A stretch of DNA of 64,000 nt, taken from contig OY762007.1 of NCBI GenBank assembly GCA_963665115.1, positions 1,312,001 to 1,376,000 of the forward strand. The letters run 5' to 3'. This stretch comes from an uncultured Rivularia sp. (lineage in GTDB: Bacteria > Cyanobacteriota > Cyanobacteriia > Cyanobacteriales > Nostocaceae). Below are positions 31,547-40,943 of this stretch, piece by piece (the stretch's first letter is position 1; the number at the start of each line of letters is the position of its first letter). Position numbers and translations under genes: made by a program. The notes beneath the pieces were generated by a model. That model had not been told where the DNA came from. It was given only the letters and a program-made list of their open reading frames with translations, and did no database searches.

Positions 31547-32046
31547 CGTTAAAAGTGACGGATTTACAACTGGAACAAATATTTGGGAAATTTTTCAGTA
31601 ATATCACGGGTTTATTTCAGCGAATAAGAATGGCTGCTTCACCCACTGTAACGAGCTTTGAAGGCAAGTATTGCTTGATATAAGCAAGAATAGTTGACAG
31701 TGCCACTCTGCATAACTGCCTGCTTTTGTGGAATGTCGAAATATTTACAGTTGTGTTTTGGTATACCAAATCCTGATTGTTCGATAATGCCAGTTTTAGC
31801 AATGGCTTGTCAGCAACAGATGCAGAAATTTTACTGCAAATAAAATTATCCTTCTAAGTAAAAATCAACGAATCACAAATATATATTATGAGTACAACTT
31901 TTACGCTATTTATATAATGAAGGACAAATTATACTATTCATGAAATTTCTATGAAAAATTGTGAAAAACAAGTATTATTTTGAACTTTTGTTTAATAAAC
32001 TACAGGATTTGATACAGTCTGAGTATAAAAGTAATTTTCGGTCGTT

Positions 32047-32199
32047 TTATTCTCGTAGCATCTTGACTAAAATCTGAGGTGCTGTATCCGTCTTAGGAGG
32101 ATAAGTACCTTCAAAATCGTTATGTAATGGTACTCTAACTTGCACTAACATATTTAAGGAAAATGTAATGCTTGCTGCGAGCAATAATTTCTCTAACAT
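32047..32199 (-). CDS. Small (50 aa) hypothetical protein
   Basis: AAGGAGAG RBS before the ATG at 32199; MLEKLLLAASITFSL hydrophobic N-terminus. Confidence 0.6.
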   Translation of the reverse strand: MLEKLLLAASITFSLNMLVQVRVPLHNDFEGTYPPKTDTAPQILVKMLRE

Positions 32200-32461
32200 A
32201 ATTTCTCTCCTTCTCACCAAGTTAATGATTGGTAATTGCACTTTAATAGTTCCGGATATTAGCTTATGACCTGAAGTTTTTTTGTTGTACAAGTAATAGT
32301 AAAACCGGGATAGCCTTAGTTTGCCCGCATATAGACGGTAATTAATAAATAAACCTATAAGAGTTTGTGAATGTTTGATGAGAACAGCATTAATTAAGAT
32401 TAGTTAAAAGATGATTTAAAAGAACTAACGGTGTGTATGGGAGGCTTTATAGAGGCACAAA

Positions 32462-33139
32462 ATGGTACGAAATGATTCTTTAGCGCGTGTAGTGATGTTG
32501 CTGTGCTTCGTCACGGCAATTTTATCTTTAACCCTTCATTGGCGAATGAGTACCTACAAAACGAACACGGCAAAAAATTCGGTTCGAGTTAGCACTCGTG
32601 AACCTGAAGATTTTTTCGCACGACAAATTCAACGTTTTGTATCTGTGGGGAAAGATGTGGCGAAAAATTCTGTACCGAAGTCATCATCAAAGGCACCTGT
32701 ATTAGCCTCTCCACAAAAAAGAACGAATAAACGTCCAAATGATGTATCTCCGCAGAAAAAAGTTGTAGTTGATTTGAGCGATCGCCGAGCTTATGTGTAT
32801 CGTCAAAATACAGTTATCGCTAGCTATCCGATTGGTGTAGGTAAAAAAGGATGGGAAACACCTCTAGGAACTTTTGAAGTGATGCATAAGCAGCAGTTCC
32901 CCGCATGGCAACATCCAATTACTGGTAAAGTCTTTGCCGCAGGACCAAACAGCCCTTTAGGAGAACGTTGGATTGGTTTCTGGTCTGATGGGCACAACGA
33001 AATTGGTTTTCATGGAACACCGGACTCGGAACTAGTAGGAAGTCCCGTATCTCACGGCTGTTTAAGAATGCGTAATCCCGACGTTCGCTTACTTTACGAA
33101 CAAATTAGCTTGGGAGTACCAGTGGAAGTACGGAAGTAG
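32462..33139 (+). CDS. L,D-transpeptidase (YkuD family)
   Basis: ETPLG, SPLGERWIG, IGFHGT…SHGCLRM. Confidence 0.92.
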   Translation: MVRNDSLARVVMLLCFVTAILSLTLHWRMSTYKTNTAKNSVRVSTREPEDFFARQIQRFVSVGKDVAKNSVPKSSSKAPVLASPQKRTNKRPNDVSPQKKVVVDLSDRRAYVYRQNTVIASYPIGVGKKGWETPLGTFEVMHKQQFPAWQHPITGKVFAAGPNSPLGERWIGFWSDGHNEIGFHGTPDSELVGSPVSHGCLRMRNPDVRLLYEQISLGVPVEVRK

Positions 33140-33288
33140 GAGAGGGAGATGGGGAGATGGGGAGATGGGAAGACAAGGGGACAAGGGGACAAGGTGAAGA
33201 ATAACTTACTCGCTACTTGCTACTTGCTACTTGCTAATTCCTAACCCCTAACCCCTAACTCCTACTCCCTACTCCCTACTCTCAACTC

Positions 33289-33828
33289 TCAACTCTTCTG
33301 CTCAAAGTTTGGGGCGTAAGCCTGAAGTAAAGTGCTAACTTGACGTAAAACTTCGTTACCAGTGTTTTTACCAATAGCTTGACGTTCGGGGAAGAAGTCA
33401 GGTTTAGCAATGTAACGAGAAATTGCTTCTCCTACTTGTTGCGAAATGAATTCGTGAAGTTCTGTTTTCGCTCTTTGCCGTTGGTAAGCAGCACCTTCTT
33501 CTGTGGTGGCATACAGAGGCGGCAGACGGTTAAGTGCATAAGCGGCAATATCCCCTACATCAAGGGAACTTTCGCTAGTTGCTTCAATTTCCGCTACTCG
33601 TGCGATCGCCTCCGTTAACACCAACTCTTCCATGACGTTAATGAATTGTTTGCGAGGTACCGCCACTACCTCACCAGTTAATAATGCCCCCATTAATCTA
33701 TCAAGTGCCATGTACTCTTCTATAGAGAGTTCAGAGGCATTGTCGCAGATGCGCCCAACTTCAGCTTCCATTGCCGGTGTTAGATAACCATCCTGGAGAG
33801 CTTGTTCTACAATTTTTTCGATACTCAT
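33289..33828 (-). CDS. ComFB-domain protein, probable c-di-GMP receptor CdgR
   Basis: FINVMEELV, DIAAYALNRLPPLYATT (ComFB). The CdgR identity is recalled from Anabaena gene order, not verified. Confidence 0.8.
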   Translation of the reverse strand: MSIEKIVEQALQDGYLTPAMEAEVGRICDNASELSIEEYMALDRLMGALLTGEVVAVPRKQFINVMEELVLTEAIARVAEIEATSESSLDVGDIAAYALNRLPPLYATTEEGAAYQRQRAKTELHEFISQQVGEAISRYIAKPDFFPERQAIGKNTGNEVLRQVSTLLQAYAPNFEQKS

Positions 33829-33951
33829 AACGCTCATTTTATTATCAACCACCCAAGCAAGGTAGGACGGTACCAATTTAATTTATTACTTTTACCCTAT
33901 TTGGATAAATAATACACATTTTACTGACAAAAGTAACGAATAACATCCCCA

Positions 33952-34890
33952 TTATTTAATTTCTTTGTAACGCCAGGGTACTGGATCTACAGCTTGTCCA
34001 TTAACGTATACACCCCAGTGTAAATGAGGACCTGTAGAAGCACCAGTAGAACCGATGCCGCCAATCAGTTGTCCCGGTTGTACAATATCGCCTTCTTTGA
34101 CGTTAATCCGATTCAGGTGCATAAAAATGCTAGTTACTCCTTGTCCGTGGTCAATACCTACTACGTTTCCGTGTACTTTGAAACCTTGGGATTCTCGACC
34201 GACTAAAGCAACACGTCCGCCTGCTGGTGCAACTACGGGCGAACCATAGCCTCCTGCGTAATCAACGCCGCGATGATAATAGTTATTTGCAAATTTACCA
34301 TTATAGTAGCGACGAACACCATAAATTGTACTAATACGTGAATTATTTGGTCGGCGGAAAAAACCGTTCCAATATTTTTGTGGCGTGACAAGTGCTTTAA
34401 AAGCTTTTACTCGATCGAGTTCGAGTTGTGTTGCTTTCAAACCTCCTTTACCGCCGCGTAAAGTAATTCTTTGTGTAGGAAATTTACGATTATTAACCCA
34501 TACAGCCAAGTTTCGCGTTGTTCCATCACCTGAAACTCGAATTACTTTCCTTCCGTATTTTTGTAATGGAGTAGTGGGAATAAAGGCACGGTACTGATTT
34601 GGTGCAATTTGAAATACTGGATAAGTTTTTCCGTTGCTAGTCACTTGTAAATTACCACCATTAGAAGGGTTATCGGGCGTTATCATCACCGATATTGTGT
34701 CCCCTAATTTTGGTGACGATGGATTTAACTGGACTTGTGCGGCTTCTGCTGCAACAGTTGCAAGGGTAATAGGAATCGCACTGGCAATACCTAGTGCAAT
34801 TCTGGCATTAAGATTTACTTTGACACCTTTAAAAATCGAATGAAGTAATCTGTTTCCAGAATTCGCTACTTTTTTAGCCTCGTTATTCAT
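33952..34890 (-). CDS. M23 family metallopeptidase
   Basis: HRGVD, HGNVVGIDHG, STGPHLHW. Confidence 0.93.
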   Translation of the reverse strand: MNNEAKKVANSGNRLLHSIFKGVKVNLNARIALGIASAIPITLATVAAEAAQVQLNPSSPKLGDTISVMITPDNPSNGGNLQVTSNGKTYPVFQIAPNQYRAFIPTTPLQKYGRKVIRVSGDGTTRNLAVWVNNRKFPTQRITLRGGKGGLKATQLELDRVKAFKALVTPQKYWNGFFRRPNNSRISTIYGVRRYYNGKFANNYYHRGVDYAGGYGSPVVAPAGGRVALVGRESQGFKVHGNVVGIDHGQGVTSIFMHLNRINVKEGDIVQPGQLIGGIGSTGASTGPHLHWGVYVNGQAVDPVPWRYKEIK

Positions 34891-36247
34891 ATATCTCTAA
34901 ACACATTTATTGCTTCTGCTTGAAAACAGACGCTTTGTGTTGTGTGTAGTGTTTCCGACTTGCAAGATTTTTTTGTTTTAATGTTAGTTTTGTTAACTTG
35001 AATACATTTATATTTTATTTCTCAAGTTGTCAAGTGTTTTTAACTATTTATTGTTTACCGCTGTAATCAACAAGCCTTTCAAGGGTGAAAAGTCGAAAAA
35101 GCTTGACTGACGCAACACAACGAAAAGGATAATATTCCTTCTGGTTGAAACTTCCCTAACTGCTAACAGATTACTCAACATTTTCAAAGTAGCGCTAGTC
35201 CAGGGCATTTTGAACAGGAGAAGAAAATTTAGGATTTTATTTTATTGTTATTCGCTAATTTAATAGCATTGATAGTTTTTACAAAAACAAAAAAAGTAAC
35301 AAAATATACTTTATATTATCCACGAATATCAGCATAAGGAATTGTATCTATGAGTATAAAAAAATTAGATACTTTCGGGTAGGGCATTAGCGAGAAAAAA
35401 TATTTTCGTGCAGGTGCGATTGAGCAGTAAACCTGTTGTTAGAGTCAAGAAGCAAATGCGAACGATTAAATTTAGATATATAAAATTTAAATTACCTCAA
35501 AAACCCTAATCTAAAATTAATCAAAATAAGTGCTTGGCTTAATAAATAAACCAAGCATTATAAATTAGGAATTTTCAACTGGGAGAAGAAATTAATAATG
35601 AGAATAGACGCTTTATAAATAAAAATATGTTCGTAAATAACCAAACAATAAAATAACTATCAAACGCTGAATGATATTAATTAAATTTAATTTACAGCAG
35701 TTAATAAAGCTGTTAATAACACTTATTTAATATAGCGGGCTTTATACAAACTGCAAGTGAAGGCAGTGTATGAACAGTAATTATAATTATCAAGAAATAC
35801 AAAAATCGCTTGTTTATATCTTTCATTCTCCAACTCGAACGGATTCTATGACTAAAAAATAATTTTTCACCGTACAAGTAATTTCGTATGTATAAAAAGA
35901 TGTATTTAAGATGTAAACGAATAATTTTATTGTCAAAAGAAAAAGATAAGCTCTTAACAGACAAATAAAAACTTAGGTTTTTCCTTGTTTTATCAAAATA
36001 TAAGCTGTTTTGTCATTTTTTTGCAATAAATAAAACCAATAAGAATGTTTTTATTAAAACACTCTTAGGCAACAATAAGCGTTATTGTGCGTTATTATGC
36101 ATAGATTTTATCTATGATATTACGAAAACAAATTTAACTTAGATGTAAACTAAGTTACTTTATTTACTTCTTTTAACCCTTGCGGTAAACATTTCCGCAA
36201 TGGTAGCGTCTAAAACTGTTACAGGAGTTGAACGGAATTTGCTAATA

Positions 36248-38260
36248 ATGAAACGCTCGCTATCTTTACTTACTGTTTGCTCAACCTTGATTTCATTTTT
36301 AACCCCATTATCTGTTGTTGCTGCACCATCAAGAAGCGCAGATAAAACCGTAAAATGTGACATCTTGGTTGTAGGTGGTGGACTATCCGGTGTAGCTACT
36401 GCTTATGAAGCTTTACTTGCAGGAAAAGAAGTTTGTATAACAGAAATAACTGATTGGATAGGAGGACAAATTTCCTCTCAAGGAACATCCGCACTTGATG
36501 AACGTCCTACTCAACGTCAAAAACTATTCTATTCTCGCGGTTATTTGGAGTTACGAAAACGCATCCGTCAAACTTACGGTGAACTTAACCCCGGTGACTG
36601 TTGGGTAAGCGATTCTTGTTTCCTTCCTCGCGACGGTCACAAAGTATTAGTTTCGCTGCTCAAAAATGCTCAAAGAAAAGGTAAAGGAAAACTGCAATGG
36701 TTTCCTAACACTGTTATTAAAGAACTTGATATTAACGGTGGAAAAATAATTGATGGTGCTTATGCTATTCAACACAAACCGGCGAATGGTGCCCCTCCGA
36801 TCAATACCTTTACCTTATCTCAAACCATTGAAGATGCTTATACCTATGAAAATTCTTCGCGTTTAAGCAAATCTATTATCCGGTTTGTTCCCAAACAACA
36901 AAAAAACAGCGATGCTCCTAACTGGTATGTAGTAGACGCTAGCGAAACCGGCGAAATTATCGGGCTTGCGGATGTTCCCCATCGTCTTGGTATTGATGAG
37001 CGTTCTTACTTAGAACCTTCTTCTTCTAGTGCGACAAATGACCCTTACTGCACTCAAGGTTTTACTTATACCTTTGCAATGGAGACTACTAAGGACTCTC
37101 AACAACATGAGATGCCAAGCTTTTATCCGCAATATTCTCCTTACTACAGCTATGAATTAGAGCGCTTGGCTAGCTTCGAGTTAGTACATACCTATCGTCG
37201 TATTTGGAGTCCTAAAACAGGCGAAGCGATGAAATTTCGCGGTATTAATTTCACTGCTCCCACTCCTGGGGACATTTCCATGCAAAACTGGACTTGGGGT
37301 AACGATTACCGTCCGGGAACCGCTCAAGATAACCTGATTTATACTCGCGGGCAGCTTCAAGCCAGCGGACAGTTAGAACCCGGCGGTTGGATGGGAGGAC
37401 TCAGAACCGACGCTTTACGTAAAGGTGAGGAAATTTCCAAAGGGTATTTTTACTGGTTGGTTAGGGGAACTACGGATTCTCAACTTGGTGACGGTGTAAA
37501 GAAACTTCATCTAAATCATCGCTATCTCAAAGGTTTGAAATCTCCTATGGGAACGGCACACGGTTTATCAAAATATCCGTATATGCGTGAAGGAAGGCGT
37601 ATTATTGGTCGCCCTGGTTATGCACATCCCCAAGGTTTTTCTATTGAGGAAATTGATATTTCTCGCCGCGATTACACTGACGAATATTACCAAAAAACTT
37701 TACCTGCAAGAATGTATCGTCGTCTAAAAGCTTCTTTGGCGGGTTTAGAAGCAACATCAGTTCTTACTGGTCGGAAGCGTCCCGAAGACGTAGCGCGGCG
37801 GACTCGTTCTACGGTTTTCCCCGATGCGGTAGGTATTGGACATTACGCAATTGATTTCCATCCCTGTATGACAAAAAGTCCTCCAGAAGCGCCAGGGAAT
37901 ACCGAACGCGAAGGTGAAAGACGCGGTGCTGGACAGGCTTATCCATTCCAAATTGCGCTTCGGGCAATGATTCCTCAGAAAATTGATAACTTATTAATAG
38001 CTGGTAAGAGTATCGCTACAAGTCACATTGCTGCTGCTGCTTATCGCGTACACTCCTTTGAATGGTCTGCGGGAGCGGCTGCGGGAACTACAGCAGCTTT
38101 TGCACTGAAAAATAATATCGCGCCTTACGAACTGGTTGATGAATTACCTAGAATTGAACCCCAGTTGATTAAATTGCAGCGTTTGTTAAAACAAAACAAC
38201 AACCCAACTGCTTTTCCCGATACTTCAATTTTCAATGAAAACTGGAATGATTGGAAATAA
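36248..38260 (+). CDS. Exported FAD-dependent oxidoreductase
   Basis: Signal peptide; DILVVGGGLSG, VDASETG, PYMREGRRI, NLLIAGKSI. Confidence 0.88.
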   Translation: MKRSLSLLTVCSTLISFLTPLSVVAAPSRSADKTVKCDILVVGGGLSGVATAYEALLAGKEVCITEITDWIGGQISSQGTSALDERPTQRQKLFYSRGYLELRKRIRQTYGELNPGDCWVSDSCFLPRDGHKVLVSLLKNAQRKGKGKLQWFPNTVIKELDINGGKIIDGAYAIQHKPANGAPPINTFTLSQTIEDAYTYENSSRLSKSIIRFVPKQQKNSDAPNWYVVDASETGEIIGLADVPHRLGIDERSYLEPSSSSATNDPYCTQGFTYTFAMETTKDSQQHEMPSFYPQYSPYYSYELERLASFELVHTYRRIWSPKTGEAMKFRGINFTAPTPGDISMQNWTWGNDYRPGTAQDNLIYTRGQLQASGQLEPGGWMGGLRTDALRKGEEISKGYFYWLVRGTTDSQLGDGVKKLHLNHRYLKGLKSPMGTAHGLSKYPYMREGRRIIGRPGYAHPQGFSIEEIDISRRDYTDEYYQKTLPARMYRRLKASLAGLEATSVLTGRKRPEDVARRTRSTVFPDAVGIGHYAIDFHPCMTKSPPEAPGNTEREGERRGAGQAYPFQIALRAMIPQKIDNLLIAGKSIATSHIAAAAYRVHSFEWSAGAAAGTTAAFALKNNIAPYELVDELPRIEPQLIKLQRLLKQNNNPTAFPDTSIFNENWNDWK

Positions 38261-38538
38261 GTAAGGCAGTTATCAGTTACCAGTTACCAATTACCATTTT
38301 CGAGCTAAATTGTTGCAAACTAACCAGTAGAAGCGATTAGTATGCTCATCAGTTATTATTATCAGCGCGATAATTAACTATTCGCAGCCTAGTCAGAGAA
38401 AAATTCACCAGCTATAACCTTTGGGTGATAATTGATAATTGGTAATTGATAATTGGTAACTGAGAACCACTCATTGCTAACAATGCATTAAACTAATTAT
38501 TTGGAATGCATTTTATTAAAATCTGTAGTAAATTTTTT

Positions 38539-38867
38539 ATGGTTACTAAAGTATCGGCTAGTTTTTATGGGATGGCTAATGCACCAACTATAGCACCCGA
38601 GCGTTCGGGTCAAGTTACGCGCAAAACATATCCTAATTTTAAAGTTATTGTCCTTAACGATGACTTTAATACTTTTGGTCACGTTGCCGAATGTTTGATG
38701 AAATATATTCCGGGAATGAGTGGCGATCGCGCTTGGGAACTCACCAATCAGATACATCATGATGGACAAGCGATTGTTTGGGTGGGGGCCCTCAAGAACC
38801 TGCCGAACTATATCACCAGCAACTGCGTAGAGCTGGTTTGACAATGGCTCCCCTAGAGGCTGCGTAA
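38539..38867 (+). CDS. clpS: ATP-dependent Clp protease adaptor, frameshifted at G/C-run 38784-38791
   Basis: KVIVLNDDFNTF…GQAIVWVG, then PQEPAELYHQQLRRAGLTMAPLEAA* in another frame. Confidence 0.9.
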
Positions 38868-38872
38868 AAAAA

Positions 38873-39172
38873 ATGGCTAAACCCACCTCTAAATCCGGTA
38901 GACTCGTTTGGAATCACTCTACTCACATCAACGGTCTTATCCCTATCCTCGAACGTCTCTGCAACCAAGATAGTATTCAAACCATAACACCAGGAGAAAT
39001 CCGTCGCGTAAGAGGTCACTCCCCTCATATGCAATTACGAGTATCGGTTCCAATTAGAGGTGGGTTTAAAATTATTGCACGTCACGGAAAAACCGTACAA
39101 GAAGTATTTATCCTCACGACTTTAGAACAAAATGAATTGCAAGATGCAATTTCTATTGCGATGAAGAAATAG
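38873..39172 (+). CDS. DUF2103 family protein
   Basis: GRLVWNHSTHINGL, GGFKIIARHGKTVQEVF. Confidence 0.8.
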   Translation: MAKPTSKSGRLVWNHSTHINGLIPILERLCNQDSIQTITPGEIRRVRGHSPHMQLRVSVPIRGGFKIIARHGKTVQEVFILTTLEQNELQDAISIAMKK

Positions 39173-39249
39173 TTATTGATTGTTAGTTGTTAGTTGTTGG
39201 TTGTTAGTTGCTGACTAATATCAACTACCCACTATCCACTATCTACTAT

Positions 39250-39570
39250 CTAATCTTGAATTTGTCGCATGGCAAATTTATGTAGTGGCAAGCAGAGAAT
39301 ACAAGAAAATGTTAGGAAGTACGACAAAGCTGTAGTCATTCTTAAACTCATCAGTACAGCTTGCCATTCAAGTAAAACTATTTTCTCAATACCAAAAGCA
39401 ACGCAATAAACTAACCAGTACGAAAAGGTCATTCTAAACAGAATTTTCTCGGTTTGTTGCATTTCAGTTTCAAGCTGCTCTTTATCCCACAACAACACTA
39501 AACCCGCAATGCAAGCAAAAAACGAAAGCATTACAAAAAATTCATGACAGATAAAATTTATTTGATGCAT
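39250..39570 (-). CDS. Hypothetical membrane protein (3 TM helices)
   Basis: Hydrophobic segments; ATG at 39570 preferred. Confidence 0.65.
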   Translation of the reverse strand: MHQINFICHEFFVMLSFFACIAGLVLLWDKEQLETEMQQTEKILFRMTFSYWLVYCVAFGIEKIVLLEWQAVLMSLRMTTALSYFLTFSCILCLPLHKFAMRQIQD

Positions 39571-39873
39571 AGCGCGTTTATTCAAAAACTTATCTTTAAA
39601 AAATAAGTTTAAAGGAATAAATGTTTGAAAGTAATACCTTTTTACAAAGTGCAATAGAATGATGGGATTCTTGTTAAGAAATACGATGAAACAATAATTA
39701 TTTTAACAGTTACGAGTTAGGAGCGAAGAGTTAGGAGTTAGGAGTTAGGAGTAGAGAGTAGCAAGTAAATCACTTTTTATTATTGTCATAAATGTCGCTC
39801 ATAGCGGTCCGTCTATTTTTACTCATCACTCATTACTTATTACTCACTACTTAAATAATATCCCCCCTTCTCC

Positions 39874-40362
39874 TTATTCCTCTACTTCACAAGCACCAAT
39901 ACTTACCCAATTACTGGAACCATCGCCATTATGTTCTTTTTTCCAAATAGGAGCATTATGTTTGAGAGTATCAATCGCGTAACGACAAGCATCAAAGGCT
40001 TCCGAACGATGGGGACAACCAACTGCGACTAAAACGCTGATTTCACCGATTTTTAAATGTCCGGTGCGATGATGAATTACTACACGGTTTGTATCCGTCC
40101 ACTTTTTCCGAATATCATCTGCAATTTGATAAAACACCCTCAGTGCCATTGGTTGGTAAGCTTGGTACTCTAAAGAAATTACTGGTATTCCATCGGTTTG
40201 ATTGCGAACTGTTCCACTCATTAACACAATTGCACCGTTGGCTGGGTGGTCGGCTAAACTATAAACTTCTGGAAGTGAAAGGGGTGCAAAAGTAATCGCG
40301 AAGTTATCTTCTGATTTGGGCTTGAGGGCAGAATTAAAATTAGTTGAAGTCAGCGAGTTCAT
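39874..40362 (-). CDS. moaE: Molybdopterin synthase catalytic subunit
   Basis: GAIVLMSGTVR, HRTGHLKIGE, HRSEAF, LKHNAPIWKKE. Confidence 0.93.
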   Translation of the reverse strand: MNSLTSTNFNSALKPKSEDNFAITFAPLSLPEVYSLADHPANGAIVLMSGTVRNQTDGIPVISLEYQAYQPMALRVFYQIADDIRKKWTDTNRVVIHHRTGHLKIGEISVLVAVGCPHRSEAFDACRYAIDTLKHNAPIWKKEHNGDGSSNWVSIGACEVEE

Positions 40363-40943
40363 TACGGTTTTTTTATAATACTTAAGTGTATTGTCTTCTA
40401 TTTGAGACAACATATGAAGATAGGAGTTAGGGGTTAGAAGTTAAGAGTTTACAAATATTCCTCTGTCGTACCTTTGGCGAACAAAAGTTTTAACTAGTTA
40501 CTGCCTGCTGATTTTTCTTCTATAGCAAAAATACCAAATAATACGATTGTTTATTGTAGAATACGTGAATATACGTAATTAGCAAGATTATTCTTTATTG
40601 AACTTAAGGCATATTACTATAGTTTATGTAACGGAATTATCTCTGAAAAATTGTAGATAACCTATATAAATATGTTTTTACTTGGTAGCAACTTATTAAT
40701 AAAATTTCTTTGGGGGAAATTTATCCCGGTTGAAGTTTCTGATTATTGATTGGTGTTGGTATAAGTAATGAAAAGTAGCTGTAATCAACTGAGGATGTAG
40801 TAATACAATGGTGTTTGGTTCCCGATTATTGGCAAATAGCCTCACTAAACTACTTCCCGCTAATTTTTTCCTATTAATGAAATCTATATAACAGTTTGCT
40901 TTTCCGAATGCAAAGGAAATTCAGTAATAGTAGGAAAGATTTA

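Noticed and set aside
17172..32256. TCCGGA hexamers at 17172 and 32251 as heterocyst DIF1 promoter motifs
   Set aside because: A 6-mer alone, with no transcription start data and no convincing -10 partner.
35296..36158. GTA-N8-TAC matches at 35296-35309 and 36145-36158 as NtcA sites
   Set aside because: No properly spaced TAN3T -10 box; a few such matches are expected by chance in AT-rich spacers.
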